Assembly (NCBI GenBank): GCA_030390025.1
Contig: CM059425.1
Coordinates: 162,628,001-162,692,000 of the forward strand
Length of the DNA stretch: 64,000 bases
Direction: 5' to 3'
Source: Squalus acanthias
Taxonomy: Eukaryota
The notes below the pieces were generated by a model, which was given only the letters and a program-made list of their open reading frames with translations, searched no databases and was not told where the DNA came from. This document shows, piece after piece, positions 1-12,172 of the stretch (its first letter is position 1; every line of letters begins with the position of its first letter). Position numbers and translations under genes: made by a program.

Positions 1-225
1 ACATTTAGGGCAGGAGAAACTTCTTCACACAGAGAACTGTGAGGCTGTGGAATTCACTTCCAGGGTTAGTGCTTGAGGCAGAACTAGGTCAACATTCAAT
101 ATTGGATGAAAGAAAAGGGGATGAATGGATATGTGAACCGAATGGGTAAATGTGATTAGAACTATTTTCTCGCTGACATGGACTAGTTGGGACAAAATGG
201 CCATTTTCCGTATTATAACTTTTAT
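1..225 (+). mobile_element. Old CR1 LINE 3' fragment
   Basis: Degenerate CR1 ORF2 end (FFTQRTVRLWNSLP) followed by a typical 3' UTR (ggactagttgggacaaaatggcc). Confidence 0.65.
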
Positions 226-386
226 GCATGCCTATGATTGTTGTAGATATCTCCATTTCCTTTGACAGAGTTAACAGTATTTCTTAAGAAGTTACCATCA
301 CTTGACTTTCCATCAAAGCTATGTCCATGGCTATCTAGTTTCCTCTAAAATCACTCAACCCATTTCATAGAAATGACTCATCCTTT

Positions 387-2380
387 GGCCAGAATTTTCC
401 AGGGTGGTAGTGGGCGCGATCGGTGGCGGGTCGGGTGGGAAATTTGTTATTTTTGACAGCGGGTCGGGACGCGACTGGCAGTGGCGGGCGACCCAACTAA
501 AATCATTATCGGGTAATTTACATGCACTTAAGAGCCTTTTCCCCCCAACATTTTTAATTTAACTGCATGGCCACGGGATTCACACAGCATGGGAACCACG
601 TCTGTCAACCTGAGGCGGGAGTTCCATGGCCATTGCTCCAGCTGATTACTTGACAGCATGAAATGTTCAGTAAAAGCTCCCACCTGACAGATCATCACTT
701 TCTTCAGGCAGAAGCTGTTGCTCAATCCATTTCCAGCACAGATTCTGCAGGCTGCAAAGCGTTTCCAGTAAAGTCTCCATCCAATCTCATTTCATTGGAA
801 GAACTCTCTCACCATTGACAGAATGCTTCTGTCATCTGTACTTCACCTGCCATCTATTCCATCAACATGGGTGCCGTTTATACTGTCTCACCTTGGTCCT
901 CAGAATCGGACCTCGATGAGCCCCAACACCAGCAGCACTAGGCTCACCAGCAGCACCAACAACACTAACCTTTTCCGCAATCACCTGATGCTGCACAGGA
1001 CATAGGGCATCAGCACCCAAGCACATTGCTGCCCGGGAGGCCAGGGATGGCCTCACCATGGCCAGATTTAGTTAACTTAACGCTGTACACCCTGGCTGCC
1101 ACATGATGCACCAGGTTGGCACCACCCCACACCAACACCATAAAGGATCCCTACAATGCCCAAGCCATTCCTTTCACACTCATCACCATTGTGGGAGGAA
1201 CCGTTATGTCTCACCATTCACTGGAACTCACTAAGCCACTTCCAAAGGTGCACACAAATCTGTCCAAGACCAGAAAGTGTTGAAAATAAAGATTTTTATG
1301 TTTGACAGCACATTAACAGAAACTTTACATAAACATTGGATAAAACACACAAGTGGCTACCCTTGTACAGGAAACTTTCGTTTATCCGGCACCGACGGGA
1401 CCGGCGTGGTGCCGGTTGATCGAAAGTGCCGGATTACAGAGAGGTATACTTACCAAGGTACGAGAGACCCGTACACGGCCACAGCCTTAACAATTGGGAC
1501 CCGGAGAGGGAAAATAAACGAGACTCCGGCTTTTTCCTCCGTGGCGGCGACAGGTCCGAGTCGGAAGAAAGTTGACCCCCCTTTCGTGGGGGCGAAAGGT
1601 CAGAATCGGGGTCTTGTCTGTACAATAAAACTTACCTGATTTTTGCCGGTTAAGCGAGAATTCCGGATATTTGGGTGCCGGATAAACGAAAGTTTCCTGT
1701 ATGTTGTTAGTTGGTATGATTGCACTAGGATGAGGGTGAGTGTGAGGGGTGGCTAGTGATATGGGGAAGTGATAATGTAGATAGAGATGGATGGGTGGAG
1801 GTGCAAGGTAAGTTAGTATGAGTAAGGATGTGCAGGAGTACGGTAGGGAAAGCAGAGTGATGGGGATGTGATGAGAGGCACAGCAGGATGCAGTTGAGTG
1901 TGGCTTTGTACTAACGTTTCCTGATCTAATGAGATCATTGAAAGGTTTGTGCCACTGTCTCCAGGTCCTCCTGACCACATCCTTGCTTGTGCCCTCCTGT
2001 GCAATGAACGACCAGTCTGTTTCGGTCACCTGGGGAGGTCTCTGTCACCAATCGGAAGGGAAGAGGACCTCCCTGCATGCTCTGACTACCTCTATGTGCA
2101 GCCCTGCACCTCTGTGCAGTCATTGTCAGTGTTTGCAGCACTCCAATGCTGTCGTGCACTGACAGCACTATGCTAGATGAAACTTCAAATGTAATGTGGC
2201 TATGGTCCCTTTAAATATTCCGGGTGAAAATGCATCATGAATGATGTCACCAGACCCACTTCATCTCATTGGGCCGGGTAACGCACTGGGCGGGCTTAAT
2301 AGGCCCCATTAAGGTAAGTTCATTTTCAACAGCGGGATGGAGCCAGCAGTGGGGTCGCCAAGGTACGCACAATTCCGGCC
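387..2380. mobile_element. Internally deleted PIF/Harbinger element
   Basis: Termini are GGCCAGAATT and AATTCCGGCC, with TTT on both sides. It keeps the transposase start and C-terminus (HIAAREARDGLTMARFS*) at about 865-1080 (+) and a Myb remnant (RRTWRQWHKPFNDLIRSG) at about 1910-2100 (-). Confidence 0.8.
1368..1699. mobile_element. Tc1/mariner (pogo/Tigger-type) MITE nested in the Harbinger remnant
   Basis: Perfect 26-bp TIRs CAGGAAACTTTCGTTTATCCGGCACC, with TA on both sides (1366-67 and 1700-01). Confidence 0.88.
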
Positions 2381-3149
2381 TTTGATTCTTTTTCCATTAA
2401 CTCGGGGATTCCCCAGGAGTCTCCCTTCTCTCACACATTTTGTTTCTTTTTTATGTCAGTGACCTCCTGCACTCATTATCCAGCCAGCCCTTTTTTGCTG
2501 ATGATTCCATTCTACATTTATAAACTTCCTTCACATAATACACTTTGGCTGCTTACAATCTCCAGTCCTCGCAGTGCAATAGCTGAATAATCTTCTCCAT
2601 ATCCTTTAGTGGTGTTTCTTTCAAAATCTTCAGTGCACAATTTCTTTAATCTTTCAAAAGTCTAACTAACAGCTACCACTGTTACATTTTTGTTTTTTTT
2701 ACCCTTTTTCACTCTAGTTATATTTTCAGCCTCTGTGTCTCTGATTACTCTTACAAATGAGCCCTCGCTTCTTACATCCTCGAGAGTGTTCACACTTTGC
2801 CAGATATCTAGAGGAGTTTGATAGCACACTCAGAATAATGAACACAAAAAGCTTCTTTAGATTTGCTTTAGCTATTGGTTCCATAAGATCCTTATTCTGC
2901 CACTTCTTGAAGATGCGATAACACATTAGAACTTGTTTTTATAGGCTTTAATTGTTAACTAAATGTATTGAACAGTAGCTGAACAAGGGAATAAAAAATA
3001 TCAATAAATAGTATATAAACTAACAGTTAGACTATGCTAACTCCTCGTATAAGAAAATAATAAGTAGTTTGTAAACTCTATACTGATCTATAATTTATAG
3101 TCAACTTTTATCTGTTTTATATTCTCACCAACTACGGAAGTGGCTGGTT

Positions 3150-4838
3150 ACATAGAAACATAGAAAAATAGAAGCAGGAGTAGGCCATTCGGCCCTTCGA
3201 GCCTGCTCCGCCATTCAATATGATCATGGCTGATCCTCTATCTCAATACCATATTACCGCTCTCTCCCTATACACCTTGATGCCTTTTGCATCTAGAAAT
3301 CTATCTATCTCCTTTTTAAATATATTCAGTGACTTGGCCTCCACAACCTTCTGTGGTAGAGAATTTCACAGGTTCATCACCCTCATGGTGAAGAAATTTC
3401 TTCTCATCTCAGTCCTAAATGTCCTACCCCGTATCCTGAGACTGTGACCCTCGTTCTAGACCCCCCAGCCAGGGGAAACATCTTCCCTGCATCCAGTCTG
3501 TCTAGCCCTGTCAGAATTTTATACGTTTCAATGAGATCCCCTCTCATTCTTCTAAACTCTAGTGAATACAAGGCTAGTCGACCCAATCTCTCCTCATACG
3601 ACAGTCTTGCCATCCCAGGAATCAGTCTGGTGAACCTTCGCTGCGCTCCCTCTATGGCAAGTATATCCTTTCTTAGGTAAGGAGACCAAAACTGCACACA
3701 GTACTCTAGGTGTGGTCTCACCAAGGCCCTGTACAGCTGCAGTAAGACATCCTTGCTCCTGTACTCAAATCCTCTTGCAATGATGGCCAACATACCATTT
3801 GCCTTCCTAACTGCTTGCTGCACCTGCAAGTTTGCTATCAGTGACTGGTGTACAAGGACACCCAGGTCCCTTTATACATCAGCATTTCCCAATCTATCAC
3901 CATTTAAATAATACTCTACCTTTCTGTTTTTCCTACCGAAGTGGATAACTTCACTTTTATCCACGTCATACTGCATCTGCCATGTATTTGCCCACTCACT
4001 CAACTTGTCTAAATCGCCTTGAAGCCTCTTTGCATCCTTCTCACAACTCACAATCCCATCTAGTTTTGTGTCGTCAGCAAACTTGGAAATATTACATTTG
4101 GTTCCCTCATCCAAATCATTGATACATATTGTGAATAGCTGGGGCCCAAGCACTGATCCCTGCGGTACTCCACTAGTCACCGCTTGCCACCCCGAAAAAG
4201 GCCCATTTATTCCTACTCTCTGTTTCCTGTCTGTTAACCAATTTTCAATCCATGCCAGTATATTACCTCCAATCCCATGTGCTTTCATTTTGCACACTAA
4301 CCTCTTATGTGGGACTTTATCAAAGGCCTTCTGAAAATCCAAATACACCACATCCACTGGTTCTCCCTTATCTATTCTACCAGTTACATCCTCAAAAAAC
4401 TCCAGTAGATTTGCCAAACATGATTTCCCTTTCATAAATCCATGTTGACTTTGTCTAATCCCGTTGATATTTTCTAAGTGTCCTGTTATCACATCCTTTA
4501 TAATAGACTCTAGCATTTTCCCTACTACTGATGTTAGGCTAACCGGTCTGTAGTTCCCTGTTTTCTCTCTGCCTCCTTTTTTAAATAGTGGGGTTACATT
4601 TGCCACCCTCCAATCTGCAGGAACTGTTCCATAATCTATAGAATTTTGGAAGATGACAATCAATGCATCCACATGGCTACCTCTTTTAGTACTCTGGGAT
4701 GCAGATTATCAGGCCCTGGGGATTTATCAGCTTTCAGTCCCATTAATTTCTCCAGCACTATTTTTTTTACTAATACTAATTTCCTTTAATTCCTCCTTCT
4801 CTCTAGACCCTTGGTTCCCTTGCATTTCTGGGAGGTTA
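3150..4838 (-). mobile_element. 5'-truncated CR1 (HER1-like) LINE with RT domain
   Basis: ORFs 3872-4672 ([37 protein letters not shown]) and 3404-3829. The 3' tail is a (TTTCTATG)n repeat at about 3150-3170. Confidence 0.95.
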
Positions 4839-5013
4839 GCTGATTGTCAGAAGTTCATTCACATAACCTCTCTTCTCAGACTCCAGATCGGACATGGAAT
4901 ACCACTAGATATTAAATACCACTGAAACAGTTATTATGGAATTTAAATAACTGTCTGCTAAATTCAAAAGGAGCTGCCAATCAAACAGATATCTAATCAA
5001 TCACACAGCATGG

Positions 5014-5045
5014 TTAGGGTTAGGGTTAGTGTTAGGGTTAGGGTT
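5014..5045 (+). repeat. Short interstitial telomeric repeat (TTAGGG)5
   Basis: TTAGGG TTAGGG TTAGTG TTAGGG TTAGGG TT. Confidence 0.8.
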
Positions 5046-5672
5046 GTACTTGAATTTACATGACTTGGTTCCCTCCTCAAGCAACCGACCCAGAGACAGT
5101 TGAATAGTCCTTGAGACACAGTATCAATTTAGGTCGGGACATTATTCCTGCAAGAGCACTGATTTTTACCTTCTTGTGTACTGTGACTAATTAAAAGAGC
5201 AATACCCGTTAAGACCAGACACAAAGGGGGCGATTTTCTCAGCCCTGAGGAAGCTTTGGAGGCAGGTTTGGAGGCGGGACAGTTGGTAAAATTGCAAAAA
5301 GTGAGTGCGGGTTCGGAACCCACTTGCAACCCGCCTCTGCGCAACTTTGCCGGAGGCTATTTTGCCAGGCCTTTGTTATTTTGCCACATTTACAGCATGT
5401 TGCACGCCGCTTCTAAACCACGCCAGCTAATCCTGGAGGGTTGACATGTGGCTGGCCTCCTCACAGCTGCAGCTCCACCATAAAAATGGAGCTTTCAACA
5501 GGGATGAGTTGCAGGTGGGAGAACTTTTGTTGCACAGGTCTTTGAGCACTTTTTCCAGGCCTACTGAAGTCTGAGGTGGTGCAGCTGAGATCTATCTACT
5601 TTGGGACCGCCTGGGAAAACCCTCTCCCCACTTGGACTGAGCGCTTCCCCAACGGCGGTATCTACCAGCAGC

Positions 5673-6877
5673 ATGGGAAACATTTATTTCCTTTCATCAT
5701 GGACCTCAGATTCGGACGAGGAGCAGCCACGGCAGCAGCAGAACCAGGCAGCTCAGCAGCAACAGCAGCAGGAGCACCAACCTGCTGCTCACCCACCTGA
5801 TGGTGCACAGGGCAGAAGGCACCAGCGCATGGCAGCACGTCACCGCAGGAGATACCCTCCTCTCAGGGTTTACAGACAGAGGATGAGCTTCCTCAACATG
5901 AGTAAGCAGCAGTGCCAAAGGAGGCTGAGACTTTTGCGAGAGGAATTCGCTGACATCTGCGCAATGCTGCACCAACACCTGGAGCCCAGAGGAGCAGGTG
6001 GAAAACCCTTACCAGTGGCTGTTAAAGTCACCACCGCACTCAACTTTTTTGCTTCAGGCTCCTTCCAGGGATCATCAGCAGACATCAGACACAGTTGCAT
6101 CACGCAGTTTACCGATGCCCTCTTCACAAAGGCGCACAATTACATCAACTTTTTAACTGATCAAGCAAGTATAACCGTGCGTGCGGTTGGATTTGCAAAT
6201 ATGGCAGGTTTGTCAATGGTGCAGGGCGTCATAGACTGCACACATGTGGCCCTTAGGGCACCCCATCACAACCCAGCTATTTTTGTCAACCGCAAGGGCT
6301 TCCACTCCCTCAACATACAGCTGGTGTGTAACCACAAGGAGGGGATTTTGCATGTTTGCGCCAAGTACTGTGGCAGTTGCCATGACTCGTTCATCCTGCG
6401 GCAGTCTAGTGTGCCTCCACTCTTCAATCCGCCAAGCCAACTTAATGGATGGCTACTTGGAGACAAGGGCTACCCCCTGAAGACGTGGCTAATGACACCT
6501 ATCAGGAGGCCAGCGAACGAAGCAAAGGAGCGCTACAACGCCAGCCACATTTTGACCAGGTCCATCATCGAACAAACCATCAGCTTGCTGAAGATGTGAT
6601 TCAGATGCCTTGACCGATCAGGTGGAGCCCTCCAGTACTTAGCAGCCAGGGTCTCCAGAATGGTCGCGGTCTGCTGTGCGCTGCACAGCATCGTGGCTTG
6701 CAGCTTCCTGAGGAGCAAGTGGCTCAGTACATAGCCTCCTCAGATGAGGAGGAGGAGGAGGAGGAGGAGGAGGAGGAGGAGAATGATGACCGAGCGGAGG
6801 CACATCAACTAGCAGCACGCGAGCACATTGCTGGCCGGAATGCAAGGGATGCACTCATATTGGCCAGATTTGCTTAG
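5673..6877 (+). pseudogene. Harbinger (HARBI1-like, DDE_Tnp_4) transposase, disrupted near the C-terminus
   Basis: Motifs [40 protein letters not shown] and RSIIEQTI are present. There is a premature TGA at 6597-6599 in KM*FRCL (probably CGA>TGA), then a frameshift and an acidic tail ending ARFA*. Confidence 0.92.
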
Positions 6878-7134
6878 GTTGCCCATTCTAGCACATGTGC
6901 TTGGCTCCTTCTTAGCGCAAGATACACAATGGACATGACTTTCTGGCTTCCTCTCACTCTGACCACCAACCTGACCAAGCAAGTCTCGCTGAGGCCGCAA
7001 CGTGGAACTTCCAAAACCGAAATCATAGAGGCCATAACGTCAACAGTTTGCCATCACCAGAGTTTAATACATTCACAAAGGGATGGCATTTAATCAGTAA
7101 ACACAAAAAAACACCCAAGTGACTGCCTGTGTGA

Positions 7135-9111
7135 ATAATTGTGCTTTATCTTCCTCTTACGCGTGCTCCTACGTGGTACTTCCCCTGTGGAGGCCCCTTA
7201 TTCACTTTCATGCTGCTCCTGCTTCAACACCTTTGGCGGGCGTCCTCTGGGTTTGCGAGCCTGTGAGGGCTCGCCAAAAGTCTGCTCCTCCTGCTCCTCC
7301 TGTGGCTGTGTAGGGGCTGAGACGCCCATCTCAGTTGGGTGAGGACTCTGGTGGGGCTCTGACCGAGGGTAACGATGTGGCATGGTCGTGTGAGTGCTTG
7401 GAGAGGAGCCCCCATTTCCTTGTTCTCTGCCACCAACATCCCTCTCATGGGTCAGCCCCACCTCAGCGCTATCAAGTGGCTTGAGAGCACCTTGCTGCAC
7501 ATCGGGGGGGGTCATGAGGACCCGTCTCTGCACTGGCAGTCCTACTGCTGAGGACTTCCATGAAGCTCTGGTCTCTCTGATCAATAGCTGACCATCGCTC
7601 CTCCAGAGATGTCAGTCTATTCTGAACATTGACAAAGTTTTCAACACTCTAGCGACTTATCTCCTCCATGGCCCTGGCCATCGTCTGCAGAGAGGCAGCC
7701 ATCGATACCACGGAGGTAGACATCGCTTCCACGGAGGTAACCAACCTTTCCTAGGAGATGCGCTCATGCACCAATGACTCCACAAAGGCTCTGCTCATAT
7801 TCGAGTTGGACTCCTCCATCCTCTCCACACACGCAGTGACCCTGGAGACAAAACCTGTCAGAGACTCCTGCACCTGTTCCTGAAGTTCCAGCACCGCTCT
7901 CCTTCTGGATTGACCCGGAGGCACAGGGTCCACATGCAGCTGAGCAGAGTTAGGAGAGTCCTGCGACCTCTGACGAGGACTCTCCACTGCTGTCTCTGTC
8001 TCCACCACCTGCTGATGCTCACTTGTGAGCTGTGATACACCAGGTGACCACACTACTCTATCTCCTGAAGGTCCCACCGAGGTGTGCGTATCTGCGCTGG
8101 TGCTGGGTGCGCTTACATCTGCTGATGCTGCGTCCTCAGAGGTTGCAGGTTCCTCTGAGGAGTCTTCCACCTCAGGCTCTTCCTCCTGGACAGTGGGGAG
8201 TGCGGCTGTCGATGGTCCTGTCGGGGAGTATAAGAATGAGTTAGAGATGTTACGGTAGTGTGGCATGCACATGCAATAGCGCAGATGATCAATTGCCATT
8301 CTATAAATGTACATTTGCAGCCACTTTAGTGACTCCTGCAATGTGAAAGAGAGAGATGCAAAACTATTCTGTCACCAGCTTGCTCTGCTGCACCCGTCTG
8401 TCCGTCCCCCACTTCCACCTCCACGCCAACGATTTCCAGGTGCTCCTCTTCAGCACTGGTCAAATGGGTGAGGAAGGTGGCCCTCCTCCAGTCTTCACCC
8501 TTTCCCTTTTATTGTGGGCTATCTTTTCCTGCAATGAGGGAGACAAGTGGAGTTTGCGTGAGAATGATGGAATGAGTGTAGAGAGTCCAGAGCATAGATG
8601 CTTAGAAGGAGACAAAGATGGAGTGAGGTTCCATTTCCAAGGGCCCTCCCTGTGTGTTGTTAGTCATTGTCCTTGCATAACATTAATAGGGAGTGTGAGG
8701 GCAGCATAGTCGAATAGTGAAGTGATTGTGTTCATAGAGTGAGAGGGATGGTGAAGGGTGCAAGGGTTGTAAGGGTAAAGTGGGATGTGTAGGAGGAGGT
8801 TGACAATGCAGAGTGCTGGTGATGAGAGGAGAAGGGGAGCAGAATGAGAGTCAAGCTGATGGTATACTCACTTTGGCTGATCTTACAAGGTCATTGAACC
8901 TCTTGCGGCACTGCAGCCATGTTCCTCTGCACACAGACCTGGAGGCTACATCCCGTGCCAGCTGCACCCAGACAGCCTTGGTTTGTGTGGGAGGCTTCTT
9001 CCTCCCAGATGAGGGGAAGAGCACCTCCTTGCGAGCTCTCACCCCCTCAACCAGAATACTCAGAGACTCATCTGTGAACCTCGGGGAGGCCTTGGCTCTC
9101 GAGTTGGCCAT
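7135..9111 (-). pseudogene. Harbinger Myb/SANT-like DNA-binding gene with three exons (8872-9111, 8376-8528, about 7135-8217), disrupted
   Basis: Exon 1 reads PRFTDESLSILVEGV...W.QCRKRFNDL with donor AAA|gtgagt. Exon 2 has KTGGGPP and is frameshifted. Exon 3 is acidic/coiled-coil with an RGRPPK motif and stops. Boundaries are GT/AG. Confidence 0.88.
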
Positions 9112-9910
9112 TTCTCCTCTGCGAAGTGTTCAGCATCCACAAAACTGCAGTGAAATGAGCCAAGGAAGCAAGCAGCCCTTAAATGAAGCTGCACAAGTGA
9201 CGTCAGCAGAGGCGAGTTTCAGTCCGAAAAGAGTAATTGGCCCAGGGGAACCCACACGCCTGGAGTTAATTGGGCAATTAGGGGAAAATCCCAACTTTTT
9301 CCCACCTGACAGTGGAGGCGGGTTCGGAACCCGCCCACCCCCAAACCCGCTCCCAACCCGCCTCCAATGGGAAAATCGCCCCCAAAGGCTTCATTTTTGT
9401 CATAAGCACTCTTACCTCAGATGGCTTCTTGCTTAGACCTTCTTTAAATATTAACGTTCTTGGCATCACAATCTTCTCTGACTTGAAGTGGAACTCCCAT
9501 ATCTACTCTACTACTAAAGCTGCCTCCATGAAACTCAGTTTTCCCTTTTGCATTAAACACTTCTTTTCCCTTCAAACAACTCTTGACTTTCTATATAAGG
9601 TTTGAATAATGTTCCCATATTTGGAGGGGCTCTTCTATCATCTATCTCATACTCCTGGACTGGATACAAGGCTTGTTGTCTGATAGGTAATCCCTCTCTC
9701 ATGTCTAACCTTCAGCTTCTCTCACCATCATAACCTTTCTTGTGTTTCTCTACACCCTTGGGGTCAATGCTCCTCTGAACTTTGCTCTCTTTTTCCTTTT
9801 AGCACCAAGTATGCCATCCTACATGCTTAACTCTTCTCTACATCGCCACTGTAATGTTGTCAAGTCTCATTACGGAATTTCCACCTCTAACTCTTTCTTT
9901 CCCATGACAT

Positions 9911-10092
9911 CATTGAGTATATTCAAGGCAGAAATCAATAGATTTTTAGACTCTAGAGGAATCAAGGGATATGGGGATCGGGCGAGAAAGTGGAGTTGAG
10001 GTCGAAGATCAGCCATGATCATATTGAATGGCGGAGCAGGCTCGAGGGGCCAAATGGCCTAATCCTGCTCCTAATTCTTATGTTCTTATGTT
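9911..10092 (+). mobile_element. CR1 3' end fragment
   Basis: Reads FKAEINRFLD..GIKGYG, then the CR1 3' UTR and a (TTCTTATG)n tail. Confidence 0.85.
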
Positions 10093-10954
10093 CATCCAAA
10101 CTGTGGAACTCCTTATAACCACCCTCAGTCTTTCGTTCCTCCTACAATCTTCAGGTTTTTTTTAAAACCCAAACTTGGTATCAATAAGGCAATACTGCCT
10201 GTTCTCCCATTCTTTTTAGCTTTGGTGTTTAGTCTTTCATCTTGGTTATTCATTTTTTTTTTAACTGCTGCATTTCAGATTAATAATTACCTCTGTGCAT
10301 TGATGTATTCAATTTTGATATAGTTGTAAAATTTGGTGCACAAATCAAAAAAATAATGTTTTTTTTAAAAAAGGGATAGCTTTCTTACATCAATTGTCAG
10401 TTAATAACATGAGGAAGTATGCATTTATCACGGGCTCCAGCACCCTACAATTTGCTTTTGAGCTCAGCTTCATGTTGTGGCTAATAAACACAGCAAACAA
10501 TACACGTTCTCATTTGTTCTGTCACAAACCACTGGTGAACACTACAATGGCACTGAGCGTGTTAAAACCTAGATAAATGTGAGTTGTCAGATTAATTATT
10601 CCCTTCAGGTTAGGGTATGGATATTTTCATTTCTTAAATTAGTTAATTTAATTTTCTATTTCTCTGATCCTCTCAGCTTCACGGTGGCAGCTCTGATGTG
10701 AGCAATAATCTGAATGTGAGTGAAACCAAGTAGTTGTTGAGTTTTACCATGGTTCTTAGCCAATTGGAATTGTTTTCTATCAAGACCCATAGTTGCTTAT
10801 AACAATACTTCAATGGGATATCAGAATTCTGTTGAAACTTTTGGTACTCAGAATGCCATTTTTAGATAATTGAAAATTGAGGCATCTGTGTAACGCTGCA
10901 GAAAGGTTGCAGTCATCGTTGATGTAACTAATTTTAAGCTTCGTTTGAAAACCA

Positions 10955-11335
10955 ACTATGGAGAAGCTGGGTTTATTCTCCTTCAAGCAGAGTAGGTTAA
11001 GGGGAGATTTGATAGAGCTGTTCAAAATCTTGAAGGATTTTGATAGAGTAAATAAGGAGAAACTGTTTCCAGTGGCAGAAGGGTTGGTAACCCGAGGACA
11101 CAGATTTTTTTATGCAGCGAGTTGTTGTGATCTGGAATGCACTGCCTGAAAGGGTGGTGGAAGCAGATTCAAAAGTAACTTTCAAAAGGGAATTGGATAA
11201 ATACGAAGGGAAAACATTTACAGGGGTATGGAGACAGAGCCGGAAAGTGGAACTAATTGGATAGTTCTACCAAAGAGCTGGCACAGGCGTGATGAGCTGA
11301 ATGGCCTCCTTCTGTGCTGTGTCATTCTATGATTC
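10955..11335 (+). mobile_element. CR1 3' fragment
   Basis: Reads EKLGLFSFKQSRLRGDLIE...TRGH, with the 3' UTR ending attctatgattc. Confidence 0.85.
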
Positions 11336-12002
11336 GGCAGAACAGTGGCATTGCCAACTGTAGCAATGTGTGATGCCATGAAGTGGGAGGATACAGGTGT
11401 GATAAACTATTTTTCACTCAAAAAATTTAGCTGGTTATTATCACATTGCTGTTTGTGCAGCCTTGATTATCAATTAAAAATCTGTGGCTCTTCATTGCAG
11501 ACTAAATACAAGAGACAATTAAAAAAAATATTAATGTTTGGACAGTTTTTAAAAAACTGAAACAATACTTAGCTTTGTCTTCTGGCAATCATATCACCTT
11601 ATTGCTTGAGACTCAATGCCCTTCACCACTATAACACAAGTGTATTCTTTTAATGAACTTTTGCATAATTTAAATAACTTTGCATATCATATAGCTTCTG
11701 ATGCACTTCGAGACCAAAGCAATCATTCTTTCCAGCAATGCAAGGATTGTGCACAGCACCAGAAAGAATTGGGGCCATTAAGGTGTTATTCCATTCAGAA
11801 CACGGATCCTGGTTAAAATATGCCTATTTCTAAGAAAAACAAAAAATCCGTGGTAACAAAAATGTCAACTTACTTTAACAACCAGAAAAAGTTTGAATCA
11901 TAAATTGCTTTGTTTTTTCTTTGTTGCCAATGTTAAATAAAGTCTTGAATTCTCTAATATAAAATCAGTGGCTAAGTTACCTTCAATTGTTGCGGAGGCT
12001 GG

Positions 12003-12172
12003 TCTTTGGCGGTAGTGCAAAACGGGTGATAGTGAATTGGCAGCCCATTGTACACCCTGCCTGATTTCCTTTCCATTGACTTCAATGGAAAAGAAAATCG
12101 TGCAGGTATAAAATAGACTGCCGACTCGCTATCGCCTGTTTTGTGCTACTGCCGAAGAACAATTTCACCCCC
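12003..12172. mobile_element. Palindromic MITE (Harbinger-type hairpin)
   Basis: Imperfect arms of about 80 bp centred on TTTCCATTGACTTCAATGGAAA. Confidence 0.7.

Larger units (their letters stand above)
5226..9383. mobile_element. Near full-length PIF/Harbinger transposon (4.16 kb) with convergent transposase and Myb/SANT genes
   Basis: Perfect 13-bp TIRs GGGGGCGATTTTC (5226-5238) and GAAAATCGCCCCC (9371-9383). The TSD is AAA. Subterminal GGAGGCGGG-like motifs occur at both ends. Confidence 0.95.
235..10200 (+). mobile_element. Ancient CR1/Jockey-group LINE RT remnant, split into pieces (about 235-386, 2381-2660, 9387-9910, 10093-10200)
   Basis: Collinear degenerate RT motifs: DISISFDRV and WLSSFL; INSGIPQES and FADDS; NVLGITIFSDLKWNSHI; SFFPMTS|KLWNSL. 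Confidence 0.65.

Noticed and set aside
2726..2926. 66-aa ORF as a host exon or transposase fragment
   Set aside because: It has no recognisable motif and no splice-compatible link to the MCTP exons.
5601..6599. Domesticated HARBI1 or NAIF1 host genes
   Set aside because: The ORFs lie between TIRs with a TSD, carry stops and frameshifts, and have several decayed relatives in the window.
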